Assembly: GCA_965655095.1 (NCBI GenBank)
Contig: OZ296649.1
Location: 148,800,001 to 148,864,000 of the forward strand
Length of the DNA stretch: 64,000 nt
Source of the DNA: Haplodiscus bocki
Taxonomy: Eukaryota
Direction: 5' to 3'
Shown here: positions 24,301 through 39,300 of the stretch, in pieces
How the letters are laid out: every line of letters starts with the position of its first letter
How positions within the stretch are numbered: position 1 is the stretch's first letter
Translations under genes and position numbers: made by a program
The notes under the pieces: model-generated
What the model saw: the letters and a program-made list of their open reading frames with translations, nothing else
What the model was told of the DNA's origin: nothing
Databases searched by the model: none

Positions 24301-27300
24301 AATTTTAGGCTTGAACAAACAAACGAGGCAGGTGAGATTCTATATGTTATATCTGGGCAGAAAAGCGGAATGGGACGAACATATAATCTTTCAAAACAAA
24401 CGCGTATGGAGAACTGAATTTCTAAATTGGGTTTATAAAGGATGGCAATTTCCTTAGTCTTTTTTGCGGGACTAAGACTTCAAGAGCGATTTATATTAAC
24501 AATGCCATCGCATTCAAGAGTGTTATCAAGATAAAATCCAGTAGAAAGAAAATTAAAGGACTGTGCGTTTTGATGGGTAATTCAAAAGTTCTGGAGAGAG
24601 GGAGGTAATTCATGTGATGAATTTAAACTGAAGCATTGAATGTGACGTTCGACACAAGTAGTCGTATCCAAAGATGTATGCTCAAGAGATGTAGGGCTAA
24701 TTAAATTATGGATCGGACGTGGAGAAAGGTCAGTAGTTGACAGCAAGGCAATATTTAAAGTACGAGACGGGTTAATATTGGGTGTAGAAGGTGATCGAGA
24801 GAAAAATGGTGTATTAGATTGGCGAGGAGAGGAATGAAGGTAGCTTGTGAATTTGTTAGTTGTGTTACAAAATTTGTAGACATTACAACTATAGTTCCTC
24901 TGATAGAGGAAGAAGAACGAAAAAACTCAGTACTTCCAGTGTTATTGAAATCATCGTCAGATGAGGTTATGGCATCATAAGAAAAGATTATGGTATCGTT
25001 AAATTGGTTTCCTGGGAGAATGTCGGGGAGTGGTCTATTTGGTAAAACATTCTGGTTATGATATGGTGAAGCAATTTTTGAAAAGATTAAAAAAACTATC
25101 TATGTGAGATGAAACGTGAGGAAGAGGTTTGAATTTCGTTGTTTGAAGGCAGAAAGATCAGAGGAGTTGAAAATTGGAGAGAGTGGCATCTAAGAAAGTT
25201 AAAGATTCGGTTAACTATTTCGTATTTTTTACTAAAGTACCGATATGGAAAGTGTTCAAAAACTAGAGGGACCGCTTTTTTGAAGGAAATCTAGTAGCTT
25301 AGCAAAGAAGAAATGAACGATTGAAGAGATTCATCTTGATGATTTTGGCAATTTGCAACTAACTGTGAGAATCTTCAATTGTTGAGAAGCAGCGAGATAG
25401 ATTTTTGCTGTTCGTCAAGTATCAACAAGAGATATTTTGTTGTTAAATAGTAGCAAGAGAGCTTTTGTTGCTTTTAAGTACCAGCTGAATGAGTCGAAGA
25501 TTAGCGAAGAATGAAGAGCAGAAATTATTCAGCTTAAATATTTTGCAGTGAAAATCTAATGATTGAATGAGGACTTCGTACCATGGAATTTTGATGGCTA
25601 GCGAGTTTGACTTGGGAGGTGATCTAAGGTTCTAGAAAGTTGTTTTGAATTCCGAAGCGTATATTGGTTATAAAATGCCGAAGATCGAGTTCAAAGAGTA
25701 TCTATCGAAAACAACAATATTCGTACCGGTGCGATCCCAACGCTTGGTTAGTAACTCCGTCAAAAAACGATCTGATTGGTAGGCGAGTTTCAAAAGAGAG
25801 ATAAATGTAGGTTCTAAGAAACTAATTGGATTTTTGAATAGTTTATTAGTCTTTCAAAATGTCGGAGAACGAAGTCAAAACATCTAAAAAATTAAAAGTT
25901 TATGTTGTTTTGATATGCGGTGTAGTTATGAACAGACAAAAGGATTATTTGAAAGGATAATAATTTTGAAAAACAGAGGCTGTCTAAACTGATTTGAGCT
26001 ATTTTTATCCCGAGTGAAAATAAAATTTAGATGGAGGTATATGGGTGCTGTAGTCTTTGACAGGTTGTCGTCGAAGACGGCGGGTTGTTCGGAATTGAGA
26101 ATATACGGAAGTTTGGTAAGATGTTGCGCCTAGTGGAGGCGCTGTTGGTGTTATGGTATCAGTTCGAATGGTATTTGCTTGATCATTCAGCGTAGTACGC
26201 TGTTGTTGAGAATTATCAAAGATTAATGAAGACGAAGTGTCGTCATCAGGGGAATTTATCGAGGTTTGGTGCCTGTCAGTCAAAAAGAAATCTGGTGTAG
26301 TCTCGTTGCCAGAATCTTCTAGCGAATCGTAAAGTAATCGCTCGCGTGCATATAATTCGCCGGCCGGGTTAAACGAGGATATGGTTATATGTGGCTGAAA
26401 AGAAACCGTTTTATATAGTTTTTCTAAATGGGGGACAACGGGATAAAATGGGATCAAATGGTTTCCGTGTGCGAACAAAACATTTCCTTGATGTGACAGT
26501 AACTGATATTTCACATTTTACGCGACGCATTGTATTTGTAGAACCGTCTGAAACCCATGATTTATATTGTGATTAAGGGCTGTAGACACATACACCATAA
26601 AAATCTTGATCCAATGGGGTGGCTTGCATGGAACTTTGAATACGAATAAGATAAATTCGCTGTCCTAAATCAGTTAAGAAAACAATAGTTTGAGGAGATT
26701 CCATGGTTCGGTTAGATCGTGGACCGGAAAGTTCCAAGAGAAAGCTGACATGACTCTGACACCCATTCCTGGTAACAGCATGATACCTAACCATTGTGCT
26801 CGGAGAGTAACTTTGTCGATAATGTTAATGGTTAGTCTTAGTATTGTATACAAAAATTTCAGTTGTTTTTGTATATGAGAGGGAAAATTGGTAAGCTAAG
26901 ACAGTAGTTGCCTTAGCTCTGATAAACAAATCAACACGTGGTTTATTGTAGGCAACGTCATGTGGATTTGTACTACAATCATCAAGTCGATTCAGGTTAA
27001 ACCGGCGTACGTTAAGACGTTCTCGACAATATTAATGAATTGCCAAAAAGTCGTTAATTTGGTCTTGATTGACAGTGTGAGTTTGATCTTCAAGAGGTTC
27101 GTCGTTCAAGAGAGGAAACTGGAGAGCTAAGAAGAGCTGGAGTATGATAATCTTGAACATGGCTTATAAAAGGTAGCAGTTCCACGAGGAGTGCGAGTAG
27201 TTGGATCAAAATCAAATTTTAGGCTTGAACAAACAAACGAGGCAGGTGAGATTCTATATGTTATATCTGGGCAGAAAAGTGGAATGGGACGAACATATAA

Positions 27301-30300
27301 TCTTTCAAAACAAACGCGTATGGAGAACTGAATTTCTAAATTGGGTTTATAAAGGATGGCAATTTCCTTAGTCTTTTTTGCGGGACTAAGACTTCAAGAG
27401 CGATTTATATTAACAATGCCATCGCATTCAAGAGTGTTATCAAGATAAAATCCAGTAGAAAGAAAATTAAAGGACTGTGCGTTTTGATGGGTAATTCAAA
27501 AGTTCTGGAGAGAGGGAGGTAATTCATGTGATGAATTTAAACTGAAGCATTGAATGTGACGTTCGACACAAGTAGTCGTATCCAAAGATGTATGCTCAAG
27601 AGATGTAGGGCTAATTAAATTATGGATCGGACGTGGAGAAAGGTCAGTAGTTGACAGCAAGGCAATATTTAAAGTACGAGACGGGTTAATATTGGGTGTA
27701 GAAGGTGATCGAGAGAAAAATGGTGTATTAGATTGGCGAGGAGAGGAATGAAGGTAGCTTGTGAATTTGTTAGTTGTGTTACAAAATTTGTAGACATTAC
27801 AACTATAGTTCCTCTGATAGAGGAAAAAGAACGAAAAAACTCAGTACTTCCAGTGTTATTGAAATCATCGTCAGATGAGGTTATGGCATCATAAGAAAAG
27901 ATTATGGTATCGTTAAATTGGTTTCCTGGGAGAATGTCGGGGAGTGGTCTATTTGGTAAAACATTCTGGTTATGATATGGTGAAGCAATTTTTGAAAAGA
28001 TTAAAAAAACTATCTATGTGAGATGAAACGTGAGGAAGAGGTTTGAATTTCGTTGTTTGAAGGCAGAAAGATCAGAGGAGTTGAAAATTGGAGAGAGTGG
28101 CATCTACGAAAGTTAAAGATTCGGTTAACTATTTCGTATTTTTTACTAAAGTACCGATATGGAAAGTGTTCAAAAACTAGAGGGACCGCTTTTTTGAAGG
28201 AAATCTAGTAGCTTAGCAAAGAAGAAATGAACGATTGAAGAGATTCATCTTGATGATTTTGGCAATTTGCAACTAACTGTGAGAATCTTCAATTGTTGAG
28301 AAGCAGCGAGATAGATTTTTGCTGTTCGTCAAGTATCAACAAGAGATATTTTGTTGTTAAATAGTAGCAAGAGAGCTTTTGTTGCTTTTAAGTACCAGCT
28401 GAATGAGTCGAAGATTAGCGAAGAATGAAGAGCAGAAATTATTCAGCTTAAATATTTTGCAGTGAAAATCTAATGATTGAATGAGGACTTCGTACCATGG
28501 AATTTTGATGGCTAGCGAGTTTGACTTGGGAGGTGATCTAAGGTTCTAGAAAGTTGTTTTGAATTCCGAAGCGTATATTGGTTATAAAATGCCGAAGATC
28601 GAGTTCAAAGAGTATCTATCGAAAACAACAATATTCGTACCGGTGCGATCCCAACGCTTGGTTAGTAACTCCGTCAAAAAACGATCTGATTGGTAGGCGA
28701 GTTTCAAAAGAGAGATAAATGTAGGTTCTAAGAAACTAATTGGATTTTTGAATAGTTTATTAGTCTTTCAAAATGTCGGAGAACGAAGTCAAAACATCTA
28801 AAAAATTAAAAGTTTATGTTGTTTTGATATGCGGTGTAGTTATGAACAGACAAAAGGATTATTTGAAAGGATAATAATTTTGAAAAACAGAGGCTGTCTA
28901 AACTGATTTGAGCTATTTTTATCCCGAGTGAAAATAAAATTTAGATGGAGGTATATGGGTGCTGTAGTCTTTGACAGGTTGTCGTCGAAGACGGCGGGTT
29001 GTTCGGAATTGAGAATATACGGAAGTTTGGTAAGATGTTGCGCCTAGTGGAGGCGCTGTTGGTGTTATGGTATCAGTTCGAATGGTATTTGCTTGATCAT
29101 TCAGCGTAGTACGCTGTTGTTGAGAATTATCAAAGATTAATGAAGACGAAGTGTCGTCATCAGGGGAATTTATCGAGGTTTGGTGCCTGTCAGTCAAAAA
29201 GAAATCTGGTGTAGTCTCGTTGCCAGAATCTTCTAGCGAATCGTAAAGTAATCGCTCGCGTGCATATAATTCGCCGGCCGGGTTAAACGAGGATATGGTT
29301 ATATGTGGCTGAAAAGAAACCGTTTTATATAGTTTTTCTAAATGGGGGACAACGGGATAAAATGGGATCAAATGGTTTCCGTGTGCGAACAAAACATTTC
29401 CTTGATGTGACAGTAACTGATATTTCACATTTTACGCGACGCATTGTATTTGTAGAACCGTCTGAAACCCATGATTTATATTGTGATTAAGGGCTGTAGA
29501 CACATACACCATAAAAATCTTGATCCAATGGGGTGGCTTGCATGGAACTTTGAATACGAATAAGATAAATTCGCTGTCCTAAATCAGTTAAGAAAACAAT
29601 AGTTTGAGGAGATTCCATGGTTCGGTTAGATCGTGGACCGGAAAGTTCCAAGAGAAAGCTGACATGACTCTGACAGCGATTCCTAGTAACAGCATGATAC
29701 CTAACCATTGTGCTCGAATAGTAACTTTGTCGATATTGTTAATGGTTAGTCTTAGTATTGTATACAAAAATTTCAGTTGTTTTTGTATATGAGAGGGAAA
29801 ATTGGTAAGCTAAGACAAAAGTTGCCTTAGCTCTGATGAACAAATCAACACGTGGTTTATTGTAGGCAACGTCATGTTGATTTGTACTACAATCATCAAG
29901 TCGATTAAGGTTAAACCGGCGTACGTTAAGACGTTCTCGACAATAATAATGAATTGCCAAAAAGTCGTTAATTGGTCTTGATTGACAGTGTGAGTTTGAT
30001 CTTCAAGAGGTTCGTCGTTCAGGAGAGGAAACTGGAGAGCTAAGAAGAGCTGGAGTATGATAATCTTGAACATGGATTATAAAAGGTAGCAGTTCCACGA
30101 GGAGTGCAAGTAGTTGGATCAAAATCAAATTTTAGGCTTGAACAAACAAACGAGGCAGGTGAGATTCTATATGTTATATCTGGGCAGAAAAGTGGAAAGG
30201 GACGAACATATAATCTTTTAAAACAAACGCGTATGGAGAACTGAATTTCTAAATTGGGTTTGTAAAGGATGGCAATTTCCTTAGTCTTTTTTGCGGGACT

Positions 30301-33300
30301 AAGACTTAAAGAGCGATTTATAATAACAATGCCATCGGATTCAAGAGTGTTATCAAGATAAAATCCAGTAGAAAGAAAATTAAAGGACTGTGCGTTTTGA
30401 TGGGTATTTCAAAAGTTCTGGAGAGAGGGAGGTAATTCATGTGATGTATTTAAACTGAAGCATTGAATGTGACGTTCGACACAAGTAGTCGTATCCAAAG
30501 ATGTATGCTCAAGAGATGCAGGGCTAATTAAATTATGGATCGGACGTGGAGAAAGGTCAGTAGTTGACAGCAAGGCAATATTTAAAGTACGAGACGGGTT
30601 AATATTGGGTGTAGAAGGTGATCGAGAGAAAAATGGTGTATTAGATTGGCGAGGAGAGGAATGAAGGTAGCTTGTGAATTTGTTAGTTGTGTTACAAAAT
30701 TTGTAGACATTACAACTATAGTTCCTCTGATAGAGGAAAAAGAACGAAAAAACTCAGTACTTCCAGTGTTATTGAAATCATCGTCAGATAAGGTTATGGC
30801 ATCATAAGAAAGGATTATGGTATCGTTAAATTGGTTTCTTGGGAGAATGTCGGGGAGTGGTCTATTTGGTAAAACATTTTGGTTATGATATGGTGAAGCA
30901 ATTTTTGAAAAGATTAAAAAAGCTATCTATGTGAGATGAAACGTGAGGAAGAGGTTTGAACTTCGTTGTTTGAAGGCAGAAAGATCAGAGGAGTTGAAAA
31001 TTGGAGAGAGTGGTATCTATGAAATTTAAAGATTCGGTTAACTATTTCGTATTTTTTGGTAAAGTACCGATATGGAAAGTGTTCAAAAAATAGAGGGACC
31101 GCTTTTTTGAAGGATATCTAGTAGCTTAGCAAAGAAGAAATGAACGATTGAAGAGATTCATATGGATGATTTTGTCAATTTGCAACTAACTGTGAGAATC
31201 TTCAATTGTTAAGAAGCAGCAAGATAAATTTTTGCTGTTCGTCAAGTATCAACAAAAGATATTTTGTGGTTTGTTAAATAGTAGCAAGAGAGCTTTTGTT
31301 GATTTTAAGTACCAGCTGAATGAGTCGAAGATTAGCGAAGAATGAAGAGCAGAAATTATTCAGCTTAAATTATTTGCAGTGAAAATCTAATGATTGGTTG
31401 AGGATTTCGTACCATGGAATTTTGATGGCTAGCGAGTTTGACTTGGCAGGTGATCTAAGGTTCCAGAAAGTTGTTTTGATTCCCGAAGCGTATATTGGTT
31501 ATAAAATGCCGAAGATCGAGTTCAAAGACTATCTATCGAAATCAACAAAATTCGTTCCGGTGCAATCCCAATTCTCGGTTGGTAACTCCGTCAAAAAACG
31601 ATCTGATTGATAGGCGAGTTTCAAAAGAGAGATAAATGTAGGTTCTAAGAAACTAATTGGATTTTTGAATAGTTTATTAGTCTTTCAAAATGTCGGAAAA
31701 CGAAGTCAAAACATCTACAAAATTAAAAGTTTATGTTGTTTTGATATGCGGTGTAGTTATGAACAGACAAAGGGATTATTTGGAAGGATAATAATTTTGA
31801 AAAACAGAGGCTGCCTAAACTGATTTGAGCTATTTTTATCCCGAGTGAAAATAATATTTAGATGGAGGTATATGGGTGCTGTAGTCTTTGACAGGTTGTC
31901 GTCGAAGATAGCGGGTTGTTCGGAACTGAGAATATACGGAAGTTTGGTAAGATGTTGCGCCTAGTGGAGGCGCTGTTGGTGTTATGGTGTCAGTTTGAAT
32001 GGTATTTGCTTGATCATTCAGCGTAGTAGGCGGTTGTTGAGAATTATCAAAGATTAATGGAGACGAAGTGTCGTCATCAGGGGAATTTATCGAGGTTTGG
32101 TGCCTGTCAGTCGAAAAGAAATCTGGTGTAGTCTCGTTGCCAGAATCTTCTAGCGAACCGTAAGGTAATCGCTCGGGTGCATATAATTCACCGGCCGGGT
32201 TAAACGAGGATATGGTTATATGTGGCTGAAAAGAAACCGTTTTATATTGTTGGAGAAGTTTTTCTAAATGGGGGACAACGGGATAAAATGGGATCAAATG
32301 GTTTCCGTGTGCGAACAAAACATTTCCCTGATGTGACAGTAACTGATATTTCACATTTTACTCGACGCATTGTATTGGTAGAACCGTCTGGAATCCATGA
32401 TTTTTATTGTGATTGAGGGCTGTAGACACATACACCATAAAAATCTTGATCCAATGGGGTGGCTTGCATGGAACTTTGAATACGAATGAGATAATTTCGC
32501 TGTCCTAAATCAATTTAGAAAACAATAGTCTGAGGAGATTCCATGGTTCGGTTAGATCGTGGACCGGAAAGTTCCAAGAGAAAGCTGACATGACTCTGAC
32601 AGCCATTCCTAGTAACAGCATGATACCTAACCATTGTGCTCGGATAGTAACTTTGTCGATCATGTTAATGGTTAGTCTTAGTATTGTATACAAAAAATTC
32701 AGTTGTTTTTGTATATGAGAGGGAAAATTGGTAAGCCAAGACAGTAGTTGCCTTAGCTCTGATAAACAAATCAACACGTGGTTTATTGTAGGCAACGTCA
32801 TGTGGATTTGTACTACAATCATCAAGTCGATTCAGGTTAAACCGGCGGACGTTAGGACGTTCTCTACAAGAATAATGAATTGCGAATATGTCGTTAATTT
32901 GGTCTTGATTGACAGTGTGAGTTTGATTTTCAAGAGGTTCGTCGTTCAGGAGAGGAAACTGGAGAGCTAAGAAGAGCTGGAGTATGATAATCTAGAACAT
33001 GGAGTATAAAAGGTAGCAGTTCCACGAGGAGTGCAAGTAGTTGAATCGAAATTAAATTTTAGGCTTGAACAAACAAACGAGGCAGGTGAGGTTCTTTATG
33101 TTAAATCTGGGCAGAAAAGTGGAAAGGGACGAACATATAATCTTTTAAAACAAACGCGTATGGAGAACTGAATTTCTAAATTGGGTTTGTAAAGGATGGC
33201 AATTTCCTTAGTCTTTTTTGCGGGACTAAGACTTAAAGAGCGATTTATAATAACAATGCCATCGGATTCAAGAGTGTTATCAAGATAAAATCCAGTAGAA

Positions 33301-36300
33301 AGAAAATTAAAGGACTGTGCGTTTTGATGGGTATTTCAAAAGTTCTGGAGAGAGGGAGGTAATTCATGTGATGAATTTAAACTGAAGCATTGAATGTGAC
33401 GTTCGACACAAGTAGTCGTATCCAAAGATGTATGCTCAAGAGATGTAGGGCTAATTGAATTATGGATTGGACGAGGACAAAGGTCAGTAGTTGAAAAAAA
33501 TCCAATATTTAAATTACGAGACGGGTTAGTATTGGGTGTAGAAGGTGAACGAGAGGTAAGTGGTGTATTAGATTGGCGAGGAGAAGAATGAAGGTAGCTT
33601 GTGAGTTTGTTAGTTGTGTTAAAAAATTTGTAGACATTACAACTATAGTTCCTCTTATAGAGGAAAAAGTACGAAAAAACTAAGTACTTCCAGTGTTATT
33701 GAAATCATCGTGAGATAAGGTTATGGCATCATAAGAAAGGATTATGGTATCGTTAAATTCGTTCCCTGGGAGAATATCGGGGAGTGGTCCACTTGGTAAA
33801 ATATTCTGGTTATAATATGGTGAAGCAATTTTTGAAAAGATTAAAAAAACTACCTATGTGAGAAGAAACGTTAAGAAGAGGTTTGAATTTCGTTGCTTGA
33901 AGGCTGAAAGATCACAGGAGTTGAAAATTGCAGAGAGTGGTATCTATGAAATTTAAAGAGTCGGTTGACTATTTTGTACTTTTCAGTAAAATACCGATAT
34001 GGAAAGTGTTCAAAAAATAGAGAGACCGGTTACTTGAACGAAATCTAGTAACTTAGCAAAGAAGAAATGAACGGTTGAGGATATGCATCTTGATGCTTTT
34101 GTTAATTTTCAAATAACTGTGAGATAGAATCTTTAAATGTTAAGAAGCAGGAAGAGAATTTTTTGTTGTTCGTCAAGTATCAACAAGAGATTTTTTGTTG
34201 TTTGTTAAATAGCAGCAAGAGAGCTTTTGTTGATTTCAAGTACCAGCTGTATGAGTTGAAGATTAGCGATGAATGAAGAGAAGAAATTACTCAGCTAAAC
34301 TATTTTGCAGTAGAAAATCTAATGATTGATTGATGACTTCGTATCATGGAATTTTGTTGGCTAGCAGCGAGTTTGATTTGGGAGGTAACATAACGTTCTA
34401 GAAAGTTGTTTTGAATTCCGGAGCGTATATCGGTTAATAAATGTCGAGGATCGAGTTCAAAGAGTATCTATCGAAATCAACAATATTCGTACCGGTGCAA
34501 TCCCAACGCTCGGTTGGTAACTCCTTCAAAAAACGGTCTGACTGGTAGGCGAGTTTCATAACAGAGATAAATGTAGGTTCTAAAAAACTGTTTGGAATTT
34601 TGAATAGTTTATTAGTCTTTCAGAACGTCGGAGAACGAAGTCAAAACATCTACAAAAATGAAAGTTTATTTTGCTTTGATATGCGGTGTAGTTATGAACA
34701 GACAAAGGGATTATTTGGAAAGATAACAATTTTGAAAAGGAGAGGCTGTCTAAACTGATTTGAGCTATTTTTATCCCGAGTAAAAATAATATTTAGATGG
34801 AGGTACATGGGTGCGGTAGTCTTTGACAGGTTGTCGACGAAGACGACGGGTTGTTCGGGATTGAGAATATACGGAAGTTTGGGAAGATGTTGCGCCTAGT
34901 GGAGGCGCTGTTGGAGTTTTGGTATCAGTTTGATTGGTATTTTTCTTGACCATTCAGCGTAGTAGGCTGTTGTTGAGAAATATCAAAGATTATTGGAGAC
35001 GAAGTGTCGTCATCAGGGGAATTTATCGAGGTTTGGTGCCTGTCAGTCAAAAAGAAATCTGATGTAGTCTCGTTGCCAGAATCTTCTAGCGAGTCGTAAG
35101 GTAATCGCTCGGGTGCATATATTTCGCCGGCTGGGTTAAACGAGGATATGGTTATATGTGGCTTAAAAAAAACCGTTTTATTTTGTTGAGAAAGTTTTTC
35201 TAAATGGGGGACAACGGGATAAAATGGGATCAAATGGTTTCGGTGTTTGAACAAAACATTTCCTTGATGTGACAGTAACTGATATTTCACATTTTACTCG
35301 ACGCATTGTATTTGTAGAACCGTCTGGAATCCATGATTTATATTGTGATTGAGCACTGTAGACCCATACACCATAAGAATCTTGATCCAATGGGGTGGCT
35401 TGCATGGAAATTTGAATAAGAATGAGATAATTTCGCTGTCCTAAATCAGTTTAGAAAACAATAGTTTGAGGAGATTCCATGGTTCGGTTAGACCGTGGAC
35501 CGGAAAGTTCCCAGAGAAAGCTGACATGACTCTGACAGCCATTCCTAGTAACAGCATGATACCTAACCATTGTGCTCGGATAGTAACTTTGTCGATCATG
35601 TTATTGGTTAGTCTTAGTATTGTAGACATAAATTTTAGTTGTTTTTGTATATGAGAGGGAACATTGGTAAGCTAAGACAGTAGTTGCCTTAGCTCTGATA
35701 AACAAATCAACACGTGGTTTACTGTAGGCAACGTCATGTGGATTTGTACTACATTCGTCAAGTCGATTAAGGTTAAACCGGCGTACGTTAAGACGTTCTC
35801 GACAATAATAATGAATTGCCAATATGTTGTTAATTTGGTCTTGATTGACAGTGTGAGTTTGATCTTCAAGAGGTTCGTCGTTCAGGAGAGGAAACTGGAG
35901 ATCTAAGAAGAGCTGGAGTATGATAATCTTGAACATGGATTATAAAAGGTAGCAGTTCCACGAGGAGTGCAAGTAGTTGGATCAAAATCAAATTTTAGGC
36001 TTGAACAAACAAACGAAGCAGGTGAGATTCTATATGTTATATCTGGGCAGAAAAGTGGAATGGGACGAACATATAATCTTCCAAAACAAACGCGTATGGA
36101 GAACTGAATTTCTAAATTGGGTTTACAACGGATGGCAAATTCCTTAGTCTTTTTTGTGGGACTAAGACTTAAAGAGCGATTTATAATAACAATGCCATCG
36201 GATTCAAGAGTGTTATCAAGATAAAATCCAGTAGAAAGAAAATTAAAGGACTGTGCGTTTTGATGGGTATTTCAAAAGTTCTGGAGAGAGGGAGGTAATT

Positions 36301-39300
36301 CATGTGATGAGTTTAAACTGAAGCATTGAATGTGACGTTCGACACAAGTAGTCGTATCCAAAGATGTATGCTCAAGAGATGTAGGGCTAATTAATTTATG
36401 GATCGGACGTGGAGAAAGGTCAGTAGTTGACAGCAAGGCAATATTTAAAGTACGAGACGGGTTAATATTGGGTGTAGAAGGTGATCGAGAGAAAAATGGT
36501 GTATTAGATTGGCGAGGAGAGGAATGAAGGTAGCTTGTGAATTTGTTAGTTGTGTTACAAAAATTGTAGACATTACAGCTATGGTTCCTCTGATAGAGGA
36601 AAAAGAACGAAAAAACTCAGTACTTCCAGTGTTATTGAAATCATCGTCAGATAAGGTAATGGCATCATAAGAAAGGATTATGGTATCGTTAAATTGGTTT
36701 CCTGGGAGAATGTCGGGGAGTGGTCTATTTGGTAAAACCTTTTTGGTTATGATATGGTGAAGCAATTTTTGAAAAGATTAAAAAAACTATCTATGTGAGA
36801 TGAAACGTGAGGAAGAGGTTTGAATTTCGTTGTTTGAAGGCAGAAAGATCAGAGGAGTTGAAAATTGGAGAGAGTGGTATCTATGAAATTTAAAGATTCG
36901 GTTAACTATTTCGTATTTTTTGGTAAAGTGCCGATATGGAAAGTGTTCAAAAAATAGAGGGACCGCTTTTTGGAAGGAAATCTACTAGCTTAGCAAAGAA
37001 GAAATGAACGATTGAAGAGATTCATCTGGATGATTTTGTCAATTTGCAACTAACTGTGAGAATCTTCAATTGTTAAGAAGCAGCAAGCTAAATTTCTGCT
37101 GTTCGTCAAGTATCAACAAGAGATATTTTGTGGTTTGTTAAATAGTAGCAAGAGAGCTTTTGTTGATTTTAAGTACCAGCTGAATGAGTCGAAGATTAGC
37201 GAAGAATGAAGAGCAGAAATTATTCAGCTTAAATAATTTGCAGTGAAAATCTAATGATTGGTTGAGGATTTCGTACCATGGAATTTTGTTGGCTAGCGAG
37301 TTTGACTTGGGAGGTGATCTAAGGTTCTAGAAAGTTGTTTTGATTCCCGAAGCGTATATTGGTTATAAAATGCCGAAGATAGAGTTCAAAGACTATCTAT
37401 CGAAATCAACAAAATTCGTTCCGGTGCAATCCCAATTCTCGGTTGGTAACTCCGCCAAAGAACGATCTGATTGGTAGGTGACTTTCAAAAGAGACATAAA
37501 TGTAGGTTCTAAGAAACTAATTGGATTTTTGAATAGTTTATTAGACTTTCAAAATTTCGGAGAACGAAGTCAAAACATCTACAAAATTAAAAGTTTATGT
37601 TGTTTTGACATGCGGTGTAGTTATGAACAGACAGAGGGATTATTTGGAAGGATAATAATTTTGAAAAACAGAGGCTGTCTAAACTGATTTGAGCTATTTT
37701 TATCCCGAGTGAAATTAATATTTGGATGGAGGTATAGGGGTGCTGTATTCTTTGATAGGTTGTCGTCAAAGACGGTGGGTTGTTCGGAATTGAGAATGTA
37801 CGGAAGTTTGGTAAGACGTTGCGCCTAGTGGAGGCGCTAATGGTGTTATGGTATCAGTTTGAATTGTATTTGCTGGATCATTCAGCGTAGTAGGCGATTG
37901 TTTAGAATTATCAAAGATTAATGGAGACGAAGTGTCGTCATCAGAGGAATTTATCGAGGTTTGGTGCCTGTCAGTCGAAAAGAAATCTGGTGTAGTCTCG
38001 TTGCCAGAATTTTTTAGCGAATCATAAGGTAATCGCTCGGGTGCATGTAAATCACCGACCGGGTTAAACGAGGATAGGGTTATATGTGGCTGAAAAGAAA
38101 CCGTTTTATTTTGTTGAAAAAGTTTTTCTAAATGGGGGACAACGGGATAAAATGGAATCAAATGGTTTCGGTGTGCGAACAAAACATTTCCTTGATGTGA
38201 CAGTAACTGATATTTCACATTTTACTCGACGCATTTTATTTGTAGAACCGTCTGGAATCCATGATTTATATTGTGATTGAGGGCTGTAGACACATACACC
38301 ATAAAAATCTTGATCCAGTGGGGTGGCTTGCATGGAACTTTGAATACGAATGAGATAATTTTGCGGTCCTAAATCAGTTAAGAAAACAATAGTTTGAGGA
38401 GATTCCATGGTTCGGATAGATCGTGGACCGGAAAGTTCCAAGAGAAAGCTAACATGACTCTGACAGCCATTCTTAGTAACATCATGATACCTCACCAGTG
38501 TGCTCGGATAGTAACTTTGTCGATCATGTTATTGGTTAGTCTCAGTATTGTAGACATAAATTTTAGTTGTTTTTGTATATGAGAGGGAAAAGTGGTAAGC
38601 TGAGACAGTAGTTGCCTTAGCTCTGATAAACAAATCAACACGTGGTTTATTGTGGGCAACGTCATGTGAATTTGTACTACAATCATCAAGTCGATTAAGG
38701 TTAAACCGGCATACGTTAAGACGTTCTCGACAATAATAATGAATTGCCAAAAAGTCGTTAATTTGGTCTTGATTGACAGTGTGAGTTTGATCTTCAAGAG
38801 GTTCGTCGTTCAGGAGAGGAAACTGGAGAGCTAAGAAGAGCTGGAGTATGATAATCTTGAACATGGATTATAAAAGGTAGCAGTTCCACGAGGAGTGCAA
38901 GTAGTTGGATCAAAATCAAATTTTAGGCTTGAACAAACAAACGAGGCAGGTGAGATTCTATATGTTATATCTGGGCAGAAAAGTGGAATGGGACGAACAT
39001 ATAATCTTTCAAAACAAACGCGTATGGAGAACTGAATTTCTAAAATGGGTTTACAAAGGATGGCCATTTCCTTAGTCTTTTTTGCGGGACTAAGAATTAA
39101 AGAGCGATTTATAATAACAATGCCATCGGATTCAAGAGTGTTATCAAGATAAAATCCAGTAGTAAGAAAATTAAAGGACTGTGCGTTTTGATGGGTATTT
39201 CAAAAGTTCTGGAGAGAGGGAGGTAATTCATGTGATGAATTTAAACTGAAGCATTGAATGTGACGTTCGACACAAGTAGTCGTATCCAAAGATGTATGCT

